A stretch of DNA of 64,000 nucleotides from Alteriqipengyuania sp. (lineage in GTDB: Bacteria > Pseudomonadota > Alphaproteobacteria > Sphingomonadales > Sphingomonadaceae), in contig CAXQBC010000013.1 in NCBI GenBank assembly GCA_964222325.1, positions 59,072 through 123,071 of the forward strand. Reading direction: 5' to 3'. The position numbers and the translations under genes were made by a program. Below are positions 9,079 through 18,184 of this stretch, piece after piece (position 1 is the first letter of the stretch; each line of letters starts with the position of its first letter). Under the pieces are notes generated by a model. That model saw only the letters and a list, made by a program, of their open reading frames with translations, had not been told where the DNA came from and ran no database searches.

Positions 9079-10488
9079 ATGCTCCGCATATCGGCGATAT
9101 TTCTGGCACTGGCGGCAATCTTGGCGCCAGCAAGCGCGCAAGAACTGGACGATTTCGTCAATGACGAGATGCGTAAGTCTGCCCTCCCCGGCCTCGCATG
9201 GGCGGTCGTGGATGGAGGAAATCTTACCACCGGCGCGCACGGCGTCGTCGCAAAGGGAACGGATGCCCCGGTAACGGACGAAACGCGTTTCCTGATCGGG
9301 TCGATTTCCAAGAGCTTCACCGCCTTGGCGATCATGCAGCTCGTCGAAGCGGGCAAGGTCGAGCTCGATGCGCCGGTATCCCGCTATCTCCCGCTGTTCG
9401 AGGAACGGCCGGCGGGCGACATCACGATCAGGCAGTTGCTCAGCCACACCAGCGGTTTTTCGACCCTGCAGGGTAACAGCGCGCCCGAGGAGAGCGAGAC
9501 GGGCAGCGATGCGATCGCACGCCGCACCGCCTGGTATGCACAGCAGACGCCGGATTACCTGCCCGGCACACGCTGGGACTATTCCAACGCAAACTACCTG
9601 ATCCTGGGCCGGGTGATCGAGGCCGCGAGCGGTGCGCGGTACGCCGAATACATCGCCAGCAACATCTTCGAGCCGCTCGGCATGGAGCACAGCTACGTTT
9701 CGGGGAGCGGCAAGGAAGGCCCGCTTGCGCAAGGCCACGTGCCCTGGTTCGGATCGATGCGCGCAGTGGATGCCGAAAGGCCCGGGCTTGGCTCGGCACC
9801 GCAAGGCGGGATCGTCTCCACTGCCGGGGATATCGGCCGCTACCTGCGCATGATGCTGAATGGAGAGGACGATCTCCTGAGCGCGGCGGGCAAGGCGCAA
9901 ATGCTGGAGCCGGCCAGCGACGCATCGCCGGGCTATGGCCTCGGCTGGATGCTGAATGGCGAGGAACAGAGCGCCTATCACACCGGGCTGAGCCCCGGGT
10001 TCGAGACGATCGCGGCGATGATCCCGAGCAAAAAGCGCGGCGTGGTCGTGCTGACCAATGGCGGCAGCGGGATGGGCTTCGCGGAGACGGTTCAGCTGCG
10101 ATACGGCACGGTCGCCTTGGCCCTGGGCCAGCCACCACTGGGCGATACCGGGCGCGGCATGCGGATCGTCAATTTCCTCCTGATGGCGTTGGCGCCGGTC
10201 GTGCTCCTGCTGGCGATCGCCTGGGCCTGGGTGAAGCGCGACGCGCTGCGCGCCAAGCGGACCAGCAGGGGCGGCCAGTTCAGCCTGTGGTTGCCGCTAT
10301 TCGCGATGGCGGCGGTGGGATGGGTCTGCGTGTCGATGATCCCCGCGCTGTTCGGGGTCTCGCTCTCGACCCTGCGGCTCTACCAGCCGGACATGGCGCT
10401 GCTGCTGCAGGCAACGGCGGTGCTGGGTGTGGTGTGGGCGGTGGCGAGGTTGGGAATCGCCTATAGTAGTCGGTCGGCGCGAGAATGA
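9079..10488 (+). CDS. Serine hydrolase (class C beta-lactamase/PBP4-like) with C-terminal TM helices
   Basis: 469 aa with a signal peptide and the SxxK motif in IGSISKSFTALAIMQLVE. Confidence 0.85.
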   Translation: MLRISAIFLALAAILAPASAQELDDFVNDEMRKSALPGLAWAVVDGGNLTTGAHGVVAKGTDAPVTDETRFLIGSISKSFTALAIMQLVEAGKVELDAPVSRYLPLFEERPAGDITIRQLLSHTSGFSTLQGNSAPEESETGSDAIARRTAWYAQQTPDYLPGTRWDYSNANYLILGRVIEAASGARYAEYIASNIFEPLGMEHSYVSGSGKEGPLAQGHVPWFGSMRAVDAERPGLGSAPQGGIVSTAGDIGRYLRMMLNGEDDLLSAAGKAQMLEPASDASPGYGLGWMLNGEEQSAYHTGLSPGFETIAAMIPSKKRGVVVLTNGGSGMGFAETVQLRYGTVALALGQPPLGDTGRGMRIVNFLLMALAPVVLLLAIAWAWVKRDALRAKRTSRGGQFSLWLPLFAMAAVGWVCVSMIPALFGVSLSTLRLYQPDMALLLQATAVLGVVWAVARLGIAYSSRSARE

Positions 10489-10520
10489 GGCGACTTGACC
10501 CGGTCGAGACCCAGGCAGAA

Positions 10521-10560
10521 GTTTCTCGCAGAGGCGCAGAGGAAAGAGAGACGGGGAGAA
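10521..10560. repeat. 40-bp inverted repeat, left arm, flanking the GxxExxY gene
   Basis: GTTTCTCGCAGAGGCGCAGAGGAAAGAGAGACGGGGAGAA. The reverse complement of 10961-11000 matches at 38 of 40 positions. Confidence 0.85.
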
Positions 10561-10561
10561 A

Positions 10562-10948
10562 CTATCCCGAATTGTAGTCGTTCGCCACGCGGCGGATGCC
10601 GTCCTTCATCGTGGCGCGAGAGAAATTGAGTAGAAGCCCTACGGGCTGTTTCATCAGCCGAAGATAGGTGACCAACTGGCGAACATGCGTCTGGTTAAGA
10701 CGCTCCACCGCCTTTACTTCGAGGATGAGCCGACCCGCGACGAGAATGTCTATCCTGAATGCCGCGACGAAGGCGTGGCCGTCGAACTCGATGGGAACGG
10801 CCACTTGGCGTTTGACGCGCAATCCGCGCCTCTCGAGCTGACCCGCAAGAATCACTTCGTAGACATTCTCGAACAGCCCGGGACCGAGCTCGCGGTGTAT
10901 CGCGATACACTCATCGACCACCATCCCGGATATCTCATCGATCTCCAC
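10562..10948 (-). CDS. GxxExxY protein (PD-(D/E)XK-like)
   Basis: 128 aa. GPGLFENVYEVILAGQLERRG...ILEVKAV...QLVTYLRL is the GxxExxY family signature. Confidence 0.85.
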   Translation of the reverse strand: MEIDEISGMVVDECIAIHRELGPGLFENVYEVILAGQLERRGLRVKRQVAVPIEFDGHAFVAAFRIDILVAGRLILEVKAVERLNQTHVRQLVTYLRLMKQPVGLLLNFSRATMKDGIRRVANDYNSG

Positions 10949-10960
10949 CGCCCTCCCCCC

Positions 10961-11000
10961 TTCTCCCTGTCTCTCTGTCCTCTGCGCCTCTGCGAGAAAC
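10961..11000. repeat. 40-bp inverted repeat, right arm
   Basis: TTCTCCCTGTCTCTCTGTCCTCTGCGCCTCTGCGAGAAAC. It ends 7 nt from the stop of the upstream dehydrogenase gene. Confidence 0.85.
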
Positions 11001-11006
11001 CGAAGC

Positions 11007-12218
11007 CTAGAACCCCACCGGGCCGTCCAGCTCCTTCACGTTCCACGGCAGGCCGTGCTGGTTCAGCATCTCCATGAAGGGGTCGGGATCGAACTGCTCC
11101 ATGTTGAACACCCCGTCTCCGTCCCAGGTGCCCTGCACCATCATCGCGCTGCCGATCATCGCGGGCACGCCGGTGGTGTAGGATACCGCCTGGTTGCCGG
11201 TTTCCTCGTAGGCGGCTTCGTGCGAGCAGATATTGTTGATATAGAACGTCTTCTCGCCGCTGCCATCCAGCGCCTCGCCCGTCGCGATCACGCCGATATT
11301 GGTCTTGCCCTTGGTCGTCTCGCCCAAGGTTTCCGGCTTGGGCAAAACGGCGGCGAGGAACTGCAGCGGGATGATCTCGCGGCCCTGGTATTTCACCGGC
11401 TCGATGCTGGTCATGCCGACATTCTGCAGCACGGTCAGGTGCTTGATGTACTCATCGCCGAAGGTCATCCAGAAGCGCGCGCGCTCCAGCTCGGGCACGA
11501 ACTTCGCGAGGCTTTCCAGCTCCTCGTGATACATCATGTACATGTTCTTTTCGCCGACTTCCTCGAAGTCGAATGCGACCTTCTTGCCCATCGCCGGGGT
11601 CTCGACGAACTCGCCGCCTTCCCAGTGGCGCGCGGGTGCGGTCACTTCGCGAATGTTGATCTCAGGGTTGAAATTGGTCGCGAAGGCCTGCCCGTGGTCG
11701 CCCCCGTTGCAGTCCAGAATATCCAGCTGGCGGATCGTCTTCAGCTTGTGCTTCTTGAGCCACATCGTGAACACGCTGGTCACGCCCGGATCGAAGCCGG
11801 AGCCGAGCAGCGCGGTCAGCCCGGCGTCCTTGAACCGGTCGTGATAGGCCCACTGCCAGTGGTATTCGAACTTGGCTTCGTCCTTGGGCTCGTAATTCGC
11901 GGTATCGAGGTAATCCACGCCCGCTTCGAGGCACGCATCCATGATGGGAAGATCCTGGTAGGGAAGCGCGAGATTGACCACCAGCTTGGGCTCGATCTTG
12001 CGGATCAGGTTGACCATCGCGGGCACTTCTTCGGCGTCGATCTCGTAGGTCGAGATATCGACTCCTGTGCGATCCTTCACCGAAGCGGCAATCGCATCGC
12101 ATTTCGATTTGGTGCGGCTGGCGAGATGGATATCGCTGAAAATCTCTGCATTCATCGCCATCTTGTGGACGCAGACCGAGCTGACGCCCCCTGCCCCGAT
12201 CACCAGTACCTTCGCCAT
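11007..12218 (-). CDS. Carboxy(nor)spermidine dehydrogenase/synthase (saccharopine dehydrogenase family)
   Basis: 403 aa. MAKVLVIGAGGVSSVCVHKMA Rossmann N-terminus. Length and motifs are typical of CANSDH/CASDH. Confidence 0.9.
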   Translation of the reverse strand: MAKVLVIGAGGVSSVCVHKMAMNAEIFSDIHLASRTKSKCDAIAASVKDRTGVDISTYEIDAEEVPAMVNLIRKIEPKLVVNLALPYQDLPIMDACLEAGVDYLDTANYEPKDEAKFEYHWQWAYHDRFKDAGLTALLGSGFDPGVTSVFTMWLKKHKLKTIRQLDILDCNGGDHGQAFATNFNPEINIREVTAPARHWEGGEFVETPAMGKKVAFDFEEVGEKNMYMMYHEELESLAKFVPELERARFWMTFGDEYIKHLTVLQNVGMTSIEPVKYQGREIIPLQFLAAVLPKPETLGETTKGKTNIGVIATGEALDGSGEKTFYINNICSHEAAYEETGNQAVSYTTGVPAMIGSAMMVQGTWDGDGVFNMEQFDPDPFMEMLNQHGLPWNVKELDGPVGF

Positions 12219-12424
12219 GCTTGTTCTCCGAATTCGAATCCTTGGGCGCGCCTTTAGCCAAACGATGGCGGGGCTCCAAACGATCCGAAATCGTCAGGGC
12301 CAATCTGCGCTTTCCTAATCGGGTGCAGAACGACTATCGGGGCTCCATGAGCATCCGCGCACGCACCCTTCACGGCCCGTCGATACGCGCGGATAATCGG
12401 GCCGGTTTTTCCACCTTAAGACAC

Positions 12425-12442
12425 TGTGTCAGGTGTGTCAGG
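12425..12442 (+). repeat. Perfect tandem 9-mer TGTGTCAGG x2 just upstream of the dehydratase-like/btaAB operon
   Basis: Seen directly. It ends 11 nt before ATG 12454 and overlaps the likely SD (GGGAG). Confidence 0.5.
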
Positions 12443-12453
12443 GAGACTTGGCA

Positions 12454-13407
12454 ATGAACCGGGAACCTACCGCAGACGGCGTACGCAACGCAGCCGCCAG
12501 CATCGCGCAAATCCTGCCTCCAACGCCGCTGTTGCCGGTCGAAATCGACGGAGTACGTTGCTGGGTAAAGGCGGAGAGCCTGCAACCCATCGGCGCGTTC
12601 AAGATCCGCGGCGGCTGGTGGCGACTCTCCAACCTTGGCGACGACGAGCGCAAACGAGGCGTGGTCGCGGTCTCCAGCGGCAACCACGCGCAGGGTGTTG
12701 CATGGGCGGCAAGGAAGCTCGGCATCGAGGCCGCTATCGTGATGCCCCGCGATGCTCCCAAGGTGAAGCTGGAGGCGACCAAGGCGCTGGGCGCGGACAT
12801 CGTGCTCTACGATCGGCCCGGCGAAGATCGCGACGAAGTTGCCGCGCGCGAGATCGAAGCGCGCGGCGGCGCGGTACTCGTCCACGCTTTTGCCGATCCT
12901 TGGGTGATCGAAGGGCAAGGCAGCGCGGGAATCGAGATTGCCGAGCAGCTGGGCAAGCAGCCTCCGCTGATCCTCGCCTGCTGTGGCGGCGGCGGGCTGA
13001 CGGCAGGGCTCTCCCTCGCCTGCCCGCAAAGCGCGGTGGTCCCCGTCGAGCCCGTTGGATGGGATTTGGTCGGGCAGGCGCTGCTGGCAGGCCACATCGT
13101 TCCCGCCGCGCCCGATGCGCCGCGCACGATCTGCGACGCGCTCCAGCCGCCAGCAACGAAGCAAATCAACCTCGACGTCCTGCTGGGTCGTTCCGATCCC
13201 GGCGTCGCCGTCACCGACGAGGAAGTACAGGCCGCGCAGCGCTTTGCCTTTGCCAAGCTGGGCCTTGTCACCGAACCCGGCGGTGCGGCGGCCCTTGCAG
13301 CGGCCCTCGCGGGTAAGGTAGCGCTGCCCGACGATACCACGATCATGGTAACCGGTCGCAATACGGACCCCGCCGCATTCGCCGCCACGATCGCCCCGAG
13401 CCGATAA
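12454..13407 (+). CDS. PLP-dependent serine/threonine dehydratase family protein (no ACT domain)
   Basis: About 317 aa. LQPIGAFKIRGG and VVAVSSGNHAQGVAWAARKLGI are PALP-fold motifs. An alternative GTG start is at 12433. Confidence 0.8.
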   Translation: MNREPTADGVRNAAASIAQILPPTPLLPVEIDGVRCWVKAESLQPIGAFKIRGGWWRLSNLGDDERKRGVVAVSSGNHAQGVAWAARKLGIEAAIVMPRDAPKVKLEATKALGADIVLYDRPGEDRDEVAAREIEARGGAVLVHAFADPWVIEGQGSAGIEIAEQLGKQPPLILACCGGGGLTAGLSLACPQSAVVPVEPVGWDLVGQALLAGHIVPAAPDAPRTICDALQPPATKQINLDVLLGRSDPGVAVTDEEVQAAQRFAFAKLGLVTEPGGAAALAAALAGKVALPDDTTIMVTGRNTDPAAFAATIAPSR

Positions 13408-13418
13408 CGGAGTACCCC

Positions 13419-14633
13419 ATGCCGCAAGGCGAAACCCACATCATCGACCGATCGGTGGTCCGCAAGAGCTCCGGCCTGAAGGACACGCTTCTCGACAAGG
13501 CATTCGCCACCGCATTTCGCGGCCTGGTCTATGCGCAGATCTGGGAAGACCCCGTGGTCGACATGGAAGGGCTCCAGATCGACGAGGACAGCCGCGTGCT
13601 GTGCATTGCCAGCGGCAGCTGCAACGCGCTGAGCTACCTCACCGCCAACCCGGCCGCGATTACGGCAGTCGACCTCAACCGCGCGCATATCGCGCTGGGT
13701 CGCCTGAAGATCGCGGCGATCAACGCCCTGCCCAATTACGACCTGTTCCGCCGCTTTTTCGCGCATTCCGACTACAAGGAGAACGTGGCGATCTACAAGG
13801 ATCGGATCGCCCCACTGCTCGACGACGAAAGCCGCAAGTACTGGGAGGGGCGCGACATTCGTGGCCGTCGCCGGATCACCCAGTTCCAGCGAGGTATCTA
13901 CAAGCAGGGGCTGCTGGGCAACTTCATCGGCATGGCGCATCTGTTCGCCAAGCTTTACGGCGTGGACCTGCGCAAGGTGCTGGAAGCGCCGACGGTGGAA
14001 GAACAGCGGGCCATCTTCGAAAGCGAGTTGGCCCCGGTGTTCGACAAGAAGTTCGTCCGCTGGGTCACCAACCAGCCTGCATCGCTGTTCGGCCTCGGCA
14101 TTCCCCCTGCGCAGTACGACGCACTGGCGGGCGACGAGAAAATGGCCGAGGTTCTGCGCAAGCGGCTGGAGAAACTGGCCTGCGATTTCGACGTGAAGGA
14201 CAACTACTTCGCGTGGCAGGCGTTCAACCGCGGCTATTCCAAGGAAGAGAGCGCGTCTCTGCCGCCCTACCTGCAACGCGAGAATTACGCAGACCTGCGC
14301 GAGCGAGTTGCCAAGCTGAGCGTGCAGCGCGCCAATCTCGCCGAGTTCCTCTCCGCCCAGCCTGCGATGAGCCTCGATCGCTATGTCTTCCTCGATGCGC
14401 AAGACTGGATGGACGACCACCAGCTGACCAACCTGTGGCGCGAGGTCACGCGCACAGCCCGCAAGGGTGCCCGTGTGCTGTTCCGCACTGCCGCCGAGCC
14501 CAGCCTGCTGCCAGGGCGTGTGCCGAACGAGATCCTGGGCCAGTGGACCTATCACGACGATCTGTCGAAGGACCTGACGCAGCGCGATCGCAGCTCGATC
14601 TATGGCGGCGTCCACCTGTACGAGCTGGCGTAA
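13419..14633 (+). CDS. btaA: BtaA-like S-adenosylmethionine:diacylglycerol 3-amino-3-carboxypropyl transferase (DUF3419)
   Basis: 404 aa. YAQIWEDPVVDMEGLQI...VLCIASGSCNALSYL is typical of DUF3419/BtaA. It lies 11 nt after the previous gene. Confidence 0.8.
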   Translation: MPQGETHIIDRSVVRKSSGLKDTLLDKAFATAFRGLVYAQIWEDPVVDMEGLQIDEDSRVLCIASGSCNALSYLTANPAAITAVDLNRAHIALGRLKIAAINALPNYDLFRRFFAHSDYKENVAIYKDRIAPLLDDESRKYWEGRDIRGRRRITQFQRGIYKQGLLGNFIGMAHLFAKLYGVDLRKVLEAPTVEEQRAIFESELAPVFDKKFVRWVTNQPASLFGLGIPPAQYDALAGDEKMAEVLRKRLEKLACDFDVKDNYFAWQAFNRGYSKEESASLPPYLQRENYADLRERVAKLSVQRANLAEFLSAQPAMSLDRYVFLDAQDWMDDHQLTNLWREVTRTARKGARVLFRTAAEPSLLPGRVPNEILGQWTYHDDLSKDLTQRDRSSIYGGVHLYELA

Positions 14634-15298
14634 TGGGGGGCGAACCCGGACAAGTGCGCGACCACGCGGCCCTGATGGATTCAATCTATCGGGGCCAGAA
14701 GTACATCTACGACATCACGCGCAAATACTACCTATTCGGGCGTGACGAGTTAATCCGCGGGCTCGATTGCCAGCCTGACGATGCAGTGCTGGAAATCGCA
14801 TGCGGTACGGGGCGCAACCTCGCCAAGATACAGCGCGCCTACCCCGGCACACGGCTGTTCGGGATCGATATCTCGGCCGAAATGCTGAAAAGCGCGGCGG
14901 GCAAGCTGGGCACCAGAGCCATCCTTGCCCCTGGCGATGCGCGTAACTTCGATGCGCGCGCAATGCTGGGCCGCCCGACATTCGATCGGGTAATCCTGTC
15001 CTACTCGGTCTCGATGATTCCGGACTGGGAGAAAGCGATGCGTCATGCCGCGACATTGGTGGCACCGGGCGGATCGCTGCATGTCGTGGACTTCGGCAGC
15101 TACAGCGCGCGCGAAACGCTCGGTGCGCGCATCCTCAGGTGGTGGTTGAAACGGTTCCATGTCGCACCACGCCTGAACCTGCCCGAGGTCGCGACCGAGC
15201 TGGGCGCCCTGCCCGGCTGGCGGCGCGACGGGCGCGATGGCATGGGCGGCTATTACCGGCTCGAGCGTCTCTACCGCGAGGGTGAGCAGGGCGATTGA
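14633..15298 (+). CDS. btaB: BtaB-like class I SAM-dependent methyltransferase
   Basis: 221 aa. ATGA overlap with the btaA stop. VLEIACGTGRNL is SAM motif I. The N-terminus YRGQKYIYDITRKYYLFGRD resembles BtaB. Confidence 0.75.
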   Translation: MGGEPGQVRDHAALMDSIYRGQKYIYDITRKYYLFGRDELIRGLDCQPDDAVLEIACGTGRNLAKIQRAYPGTRLFGIDISAEMLKSAAGKLGTRAILAPGDARNFDARAMLGRPTFDRVILSYSVSMIPDWEKAMRHAATLVAPGGSLHVVDFGSYSARETLGARILRWWLKRFHVAPRLNLPEVATELGALPGWRRDGRDGMGGYYRLERLYREGEQGD

Positions 15299-15356
15299 CG
15301 GTGCGAGCCTCCGACCGTACGTTTTGATAGAAAACTGATTTCAGGGAGAGGAATCA

Positions 15357-15794
15357 ATGCAGGCACAAATGCTCGCTCCAGCCGCGGTGCTCGTCGCCTG
15401 GTCGCTGGTCATGCTGATCTGGATGGCGGCAACCCGGCTTCCGGCGATTGCAAAGGCCCCCGGTGGTCTCAAAAATGCCAAGCCCGGCGGACGCGGCCAG
15501 GATCTCGAAGGCGTCCTGCCTGACCGGATCAACTGGAAATCGCACAATTACGCGCATCTGATGGAGCAGCCCACGCTTTTCTATGCCGTGGTCGTGATCC
15601 TCGCACTGATGGGTGCAAGCCCTGTCGATGTGCTGCTCGCGTGGATCTACGTGGGCCTGCGCATTGTCCACTCGATCTGGCAGGCAACCGTGAACATCGT
15701 TACGGTACGCCTCCTGATCTTCCTCGTCTCCACCGTCGTGCTCGCCATGCTGGCGGTCCACGCACTTGTCGCAACTCTGGGAGCACCCGCATGA
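15357..15794 (+). CDS. MAPEG family membrane protein (paralog 1)
   Basis: 145 aa, 4 TM. RINWKSHNYAHLMEQPTLFY is shared with paralog 2. Confidence 0.75.
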   Translation: MQAQMLAPAAVLVAWSLVMLIWMAATRLPAIAKAPGGLKNAKPGGRGQDLEGVLPDRINWKSHNYAHLMEQPTLFYAVVVILALMGASPVDVLLAWIYVGLRIVHSIWQATVNIVTVRLLIFLVSTVVLAMLAVHALVATLGAPA

Positions 15795-16225
15795 TCGGAA
15801 TGGACATCCTGCAACCCGCCGTCGCGCTGATGATCTGGACGATGATCGTCTGGGTATGGATGTACGCGACGCGTATTCCGGCCATGCAGGCCAGTAAGGA
15901 TATCGACGTTGCGCACCTCACCGGTGGCACAGGCAAGGATCTGGACCAGCTCCTGCCGGCACGGGTGCAGTGGAAGGCGCATAACTACAACCACCTGCAC
16001 GAGGCCCCGACCGTGTTCTACGCAGTCGCCATCGTACTCGCGATTATCGGCGCGGGCGATGGCATTCCGGCCCTGCTCGCCTGGATCTATACCGGCCTGC
16101 GCGTGATCCACACGCTGGTACAGGTGACCGCGAACAAGGTGATGGTCCGCTTCGTACTGTTCGCCCTGTCCAGCGTGGTGCTGATGGCGCTGATCGTAGT
16201 CGCGGCGGTGCGGGTGTTCGCCTAG
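15791..16225 (+). CDS. MAPEG family membrane protein (paralog 2)
   Basis: 144 aa. ATGA overlap with paralog 1. RVQWKAHNYNHLHEAPTVFY. Confidence 0.75.
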   Translation: MIGMDILQPAVALMIWTMIVWVWMYATRIPAMQASKDIDVAHLTGGTGKDLDQLLPARVQWKAHNYNHLHEAPTVFYAVAIVLAIIGAGDGIPALLAWIYTGLRVIHTLVQVTANKVMVRFVLFALSSVVLMALIVVAAVRVFA

Positions 16226-16229
16226 GCGA

Positions 16230-17207
16230 TCACTCCGCCGCTTCGACCGCGGGCATGTCCTTTGCGTAGTCGAGTGTCGCAAGGAACCGCTCTGCATCGA
16301 GTGCCGCCATGCAGCCCGTTCCCGCTGCGGTGACCGCCTGCCGATAGGTGTGGTCCATCACGTCGCCGCACGCGAACACGCCGGGAATTTCGGTCTTCGG
16401 GGTGCCCGGTTCGACCAGCAGGTAGCCGCTTTCGTCCATCGGCAGCTGGCCGGTGAACAGCTCCGTCGCCGGAGCATGACCGATCGCGACGAAAGCCCCG
16501 TCCACCTCCAGCGTTGATTCCTCGCCGGTTTGCGTATCCCTAAGGACGAGGTGATGCAGGGCCCCGTTCTCGCCCGCCTCGAATCGCTCGACCGTCTTGT
16601 TCCACATGGGCGTGATCTTGTCCGAAGCGAACAGGCGTTCCTGCAGGATCTTCTCGCTGCGCAGTTCGTCACGGCGGTGGATCAGCGTGACGTCGTCCGA
16701 ATGGTTGGTGAGGTACAGCGCTTCCTCCACCGCGGTGTTGCCGCCGCCGATTACTGCGACCTTCTTGCCGCGGTAGAAGAACCCGTCGCACGTCGCGCAG
16801 GCCGACACGCCCTTGCCGCCCAGCTCCTGCTCGCCGGGCACACCCAGCCACTTGGCCGAAGCGCCGGTCGCGATCACCACGCAATCGCCGATATACTCGT
16901 CGCCAGAATCGCCCACGGCGCGGAACGGAGGACCGGACTTCAAATCGATCTCGACGATCGTATCCCAGTGCATCTTGGTGCCGACATGCTCCGCCTGCGC
17001 GCGCATCTGCTCCATCAGCCACGGGCCCTGGATCACGTCGGCGAAGCCGGGGTAATTCTCGACATCGGTGGTGATGGTCAGCTGGCCGCCGGGTTGCAGG
17101 CCCTGGACCATGACCGGCTCCAGCATGGCACGCGCACCGTAGATGGCCGCGCTGTAGCCCGCGGGGCCAGAACCGATGATGAGCATCTTGGTGCGGTGCG
17201 TCGCCAT
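16230..17207 (-). CDS. trxB: Thioredoxin-disulfide reductase
   Basis: 325 aa. IIGSGPAGYSAAIY, redox-active CATCDG, and GGGNTAVEEALYL. Confidence 0.93.
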   Translation of the reverse strand: MATHRTKMLIIGSGPAGYSAAIYGARAMLEPVMVQGLQPGGQLTITTDVENYPGFADVIQGPWLMEQMRAQAEHVGTKMHWDTIVEIDLKSGPPFRAVGDSGDEYIGDCVVIATGASAKWLGVPGEQELGGKGVSACATCDGFFYRGKKVAVIGGGNTAVEEALYLTNHSDDVTLIHRRDELRSEKILQERLFASDKITPMWNKTVERFEAGENGALHHLVLRDTQTGEESTLEVDGAFVAIGHAPATELFTGQLPMDESGYLLVEPGTPKTEIPGVFACGDVMDHTYRQAVTAAGTGCMAALDAERFLATLDYAKDMPAVEAAE

Positions 17208-17271
17208 GTGCGCGCGTCTCCTGTCCGTCTGAAGTATTAGCCTGTGAATATGGGGATCGCCCCCCGAAGAG

Positions 17272-18054
17272 TCACGTCACGAACCGCTCGCTTAGGGCGT
17301 CTCTCAACCGGTCATCCACACCAATCGCTTGCTCTAAGAAGCTATCGAGCGAGCCCCACTCGGCATCGACCACTTCCATGAAGCGATCGAAATACGCCTC
17401 GCGCACCTCCATCAGTTCGGCCACGGCATCGCGAGGCAGCGGCCCCAGCCGCGCTTCGATCCCCGGCAGCGATTGGCGCTCGAGGATTTCGTAAGTCGGC
17501 GCATCATTCGTGCGCAGGAACTCGGCGAGCATGTCCGCCCGCGACACTCCCAGGATATGGTGCAGCAGCGCGGCGGCGATGCCTGTGCGATCCTTGCCCG
17601 CAAAGCAATGGACCAGGCTGGCGCCTTCACGCGAGGCAAGCGCATGCAGGTACTGCCCGAAGATCGTCTGCATTGCCGCGTTCTGCGGCATCCGCGTATA
17701 CACCCCCAGCATCCGCTCACGCGCCGACTCGGCGGTCAGGTCGAACCTTGCCTCCGGCTCGTGCGGGGGGCGCGAGCTCGTTTCGCCATCGTAGAACACG
17801 ACCTCGCCGTCCCACAGATCGGGGCGACGACAAGGATGACGCTCCCGCTCGCCATTGCCGCGCAGGTCGACCACGGTGCGGATGCCGAGATCGGCAAAGG
17901 TCGCAAGGTCCGCCTCGCTCGCCTCGACATGCTGGCCCGAGCGGTAGAGCAGGCCGGTGACCACCCTGCCCCCGCCTTGCGTCGGATAACCGCCGTAGTC
18001 GCGAAAATTGTGGATGCCTTCTGTGGCGAGGAAGGTGGGGGAGGATTCGGCCAT
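17272..18054 (-). CDS. Tyrosine-protein phosphatase (Y_phosphatase3 family)
   Basis: 260 aa. CX5R active site HCFAGKDRTG. Confidence 0.8.
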   Translation of the reverse strand: MAESSPTFLATEGIHNFRDYGGYPTQGGGRVVTGLLYRSGQHVEASEADLATFADLGIRTVVDLRGNGERERHPCRRPDLWDGEVVFYDGETSSRPPHEPEARFDLTAESARERMLGVYTRMPQNAAMQTIFGQYLHALASREGASLVHCFAGKDRTGIAAALLHHILGVSRADMLAEFLRTNDAPTYEILERQSLPGIEARLGPLPRDAVAELMEVREAYFDRFMEVVDAEWGSLDSFLEQAIGVDDRLRDALSERFVT

Positions 18055-18184
18055 GCCGGATCAGGTGGCAGGCAGCCCTCGATGGCGCAACAGGCGACGA
18101 TCCATTTCAAACCGAAACTCTTGCCAAATCCATCTTCATGCCCGAACCAAGCGCCAACGAATTGGGAATGAGGAACCGAGCGCC

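Noticed and set aside
12425-12442. Pho box interpretation of the tandem TGTGTCAGG repeat
   Set aside because: The half-site periodicity is 9 nt rather than 11 nt, so it cannot be called a canonical PhoB site. It is reported only as a repeat.
12807-14684. 625-aa minus-strand ORF across the dehydratase-like gene and btaA
   Set aside because: Shadow ORF antisense to two recognisable genes. No motifs.
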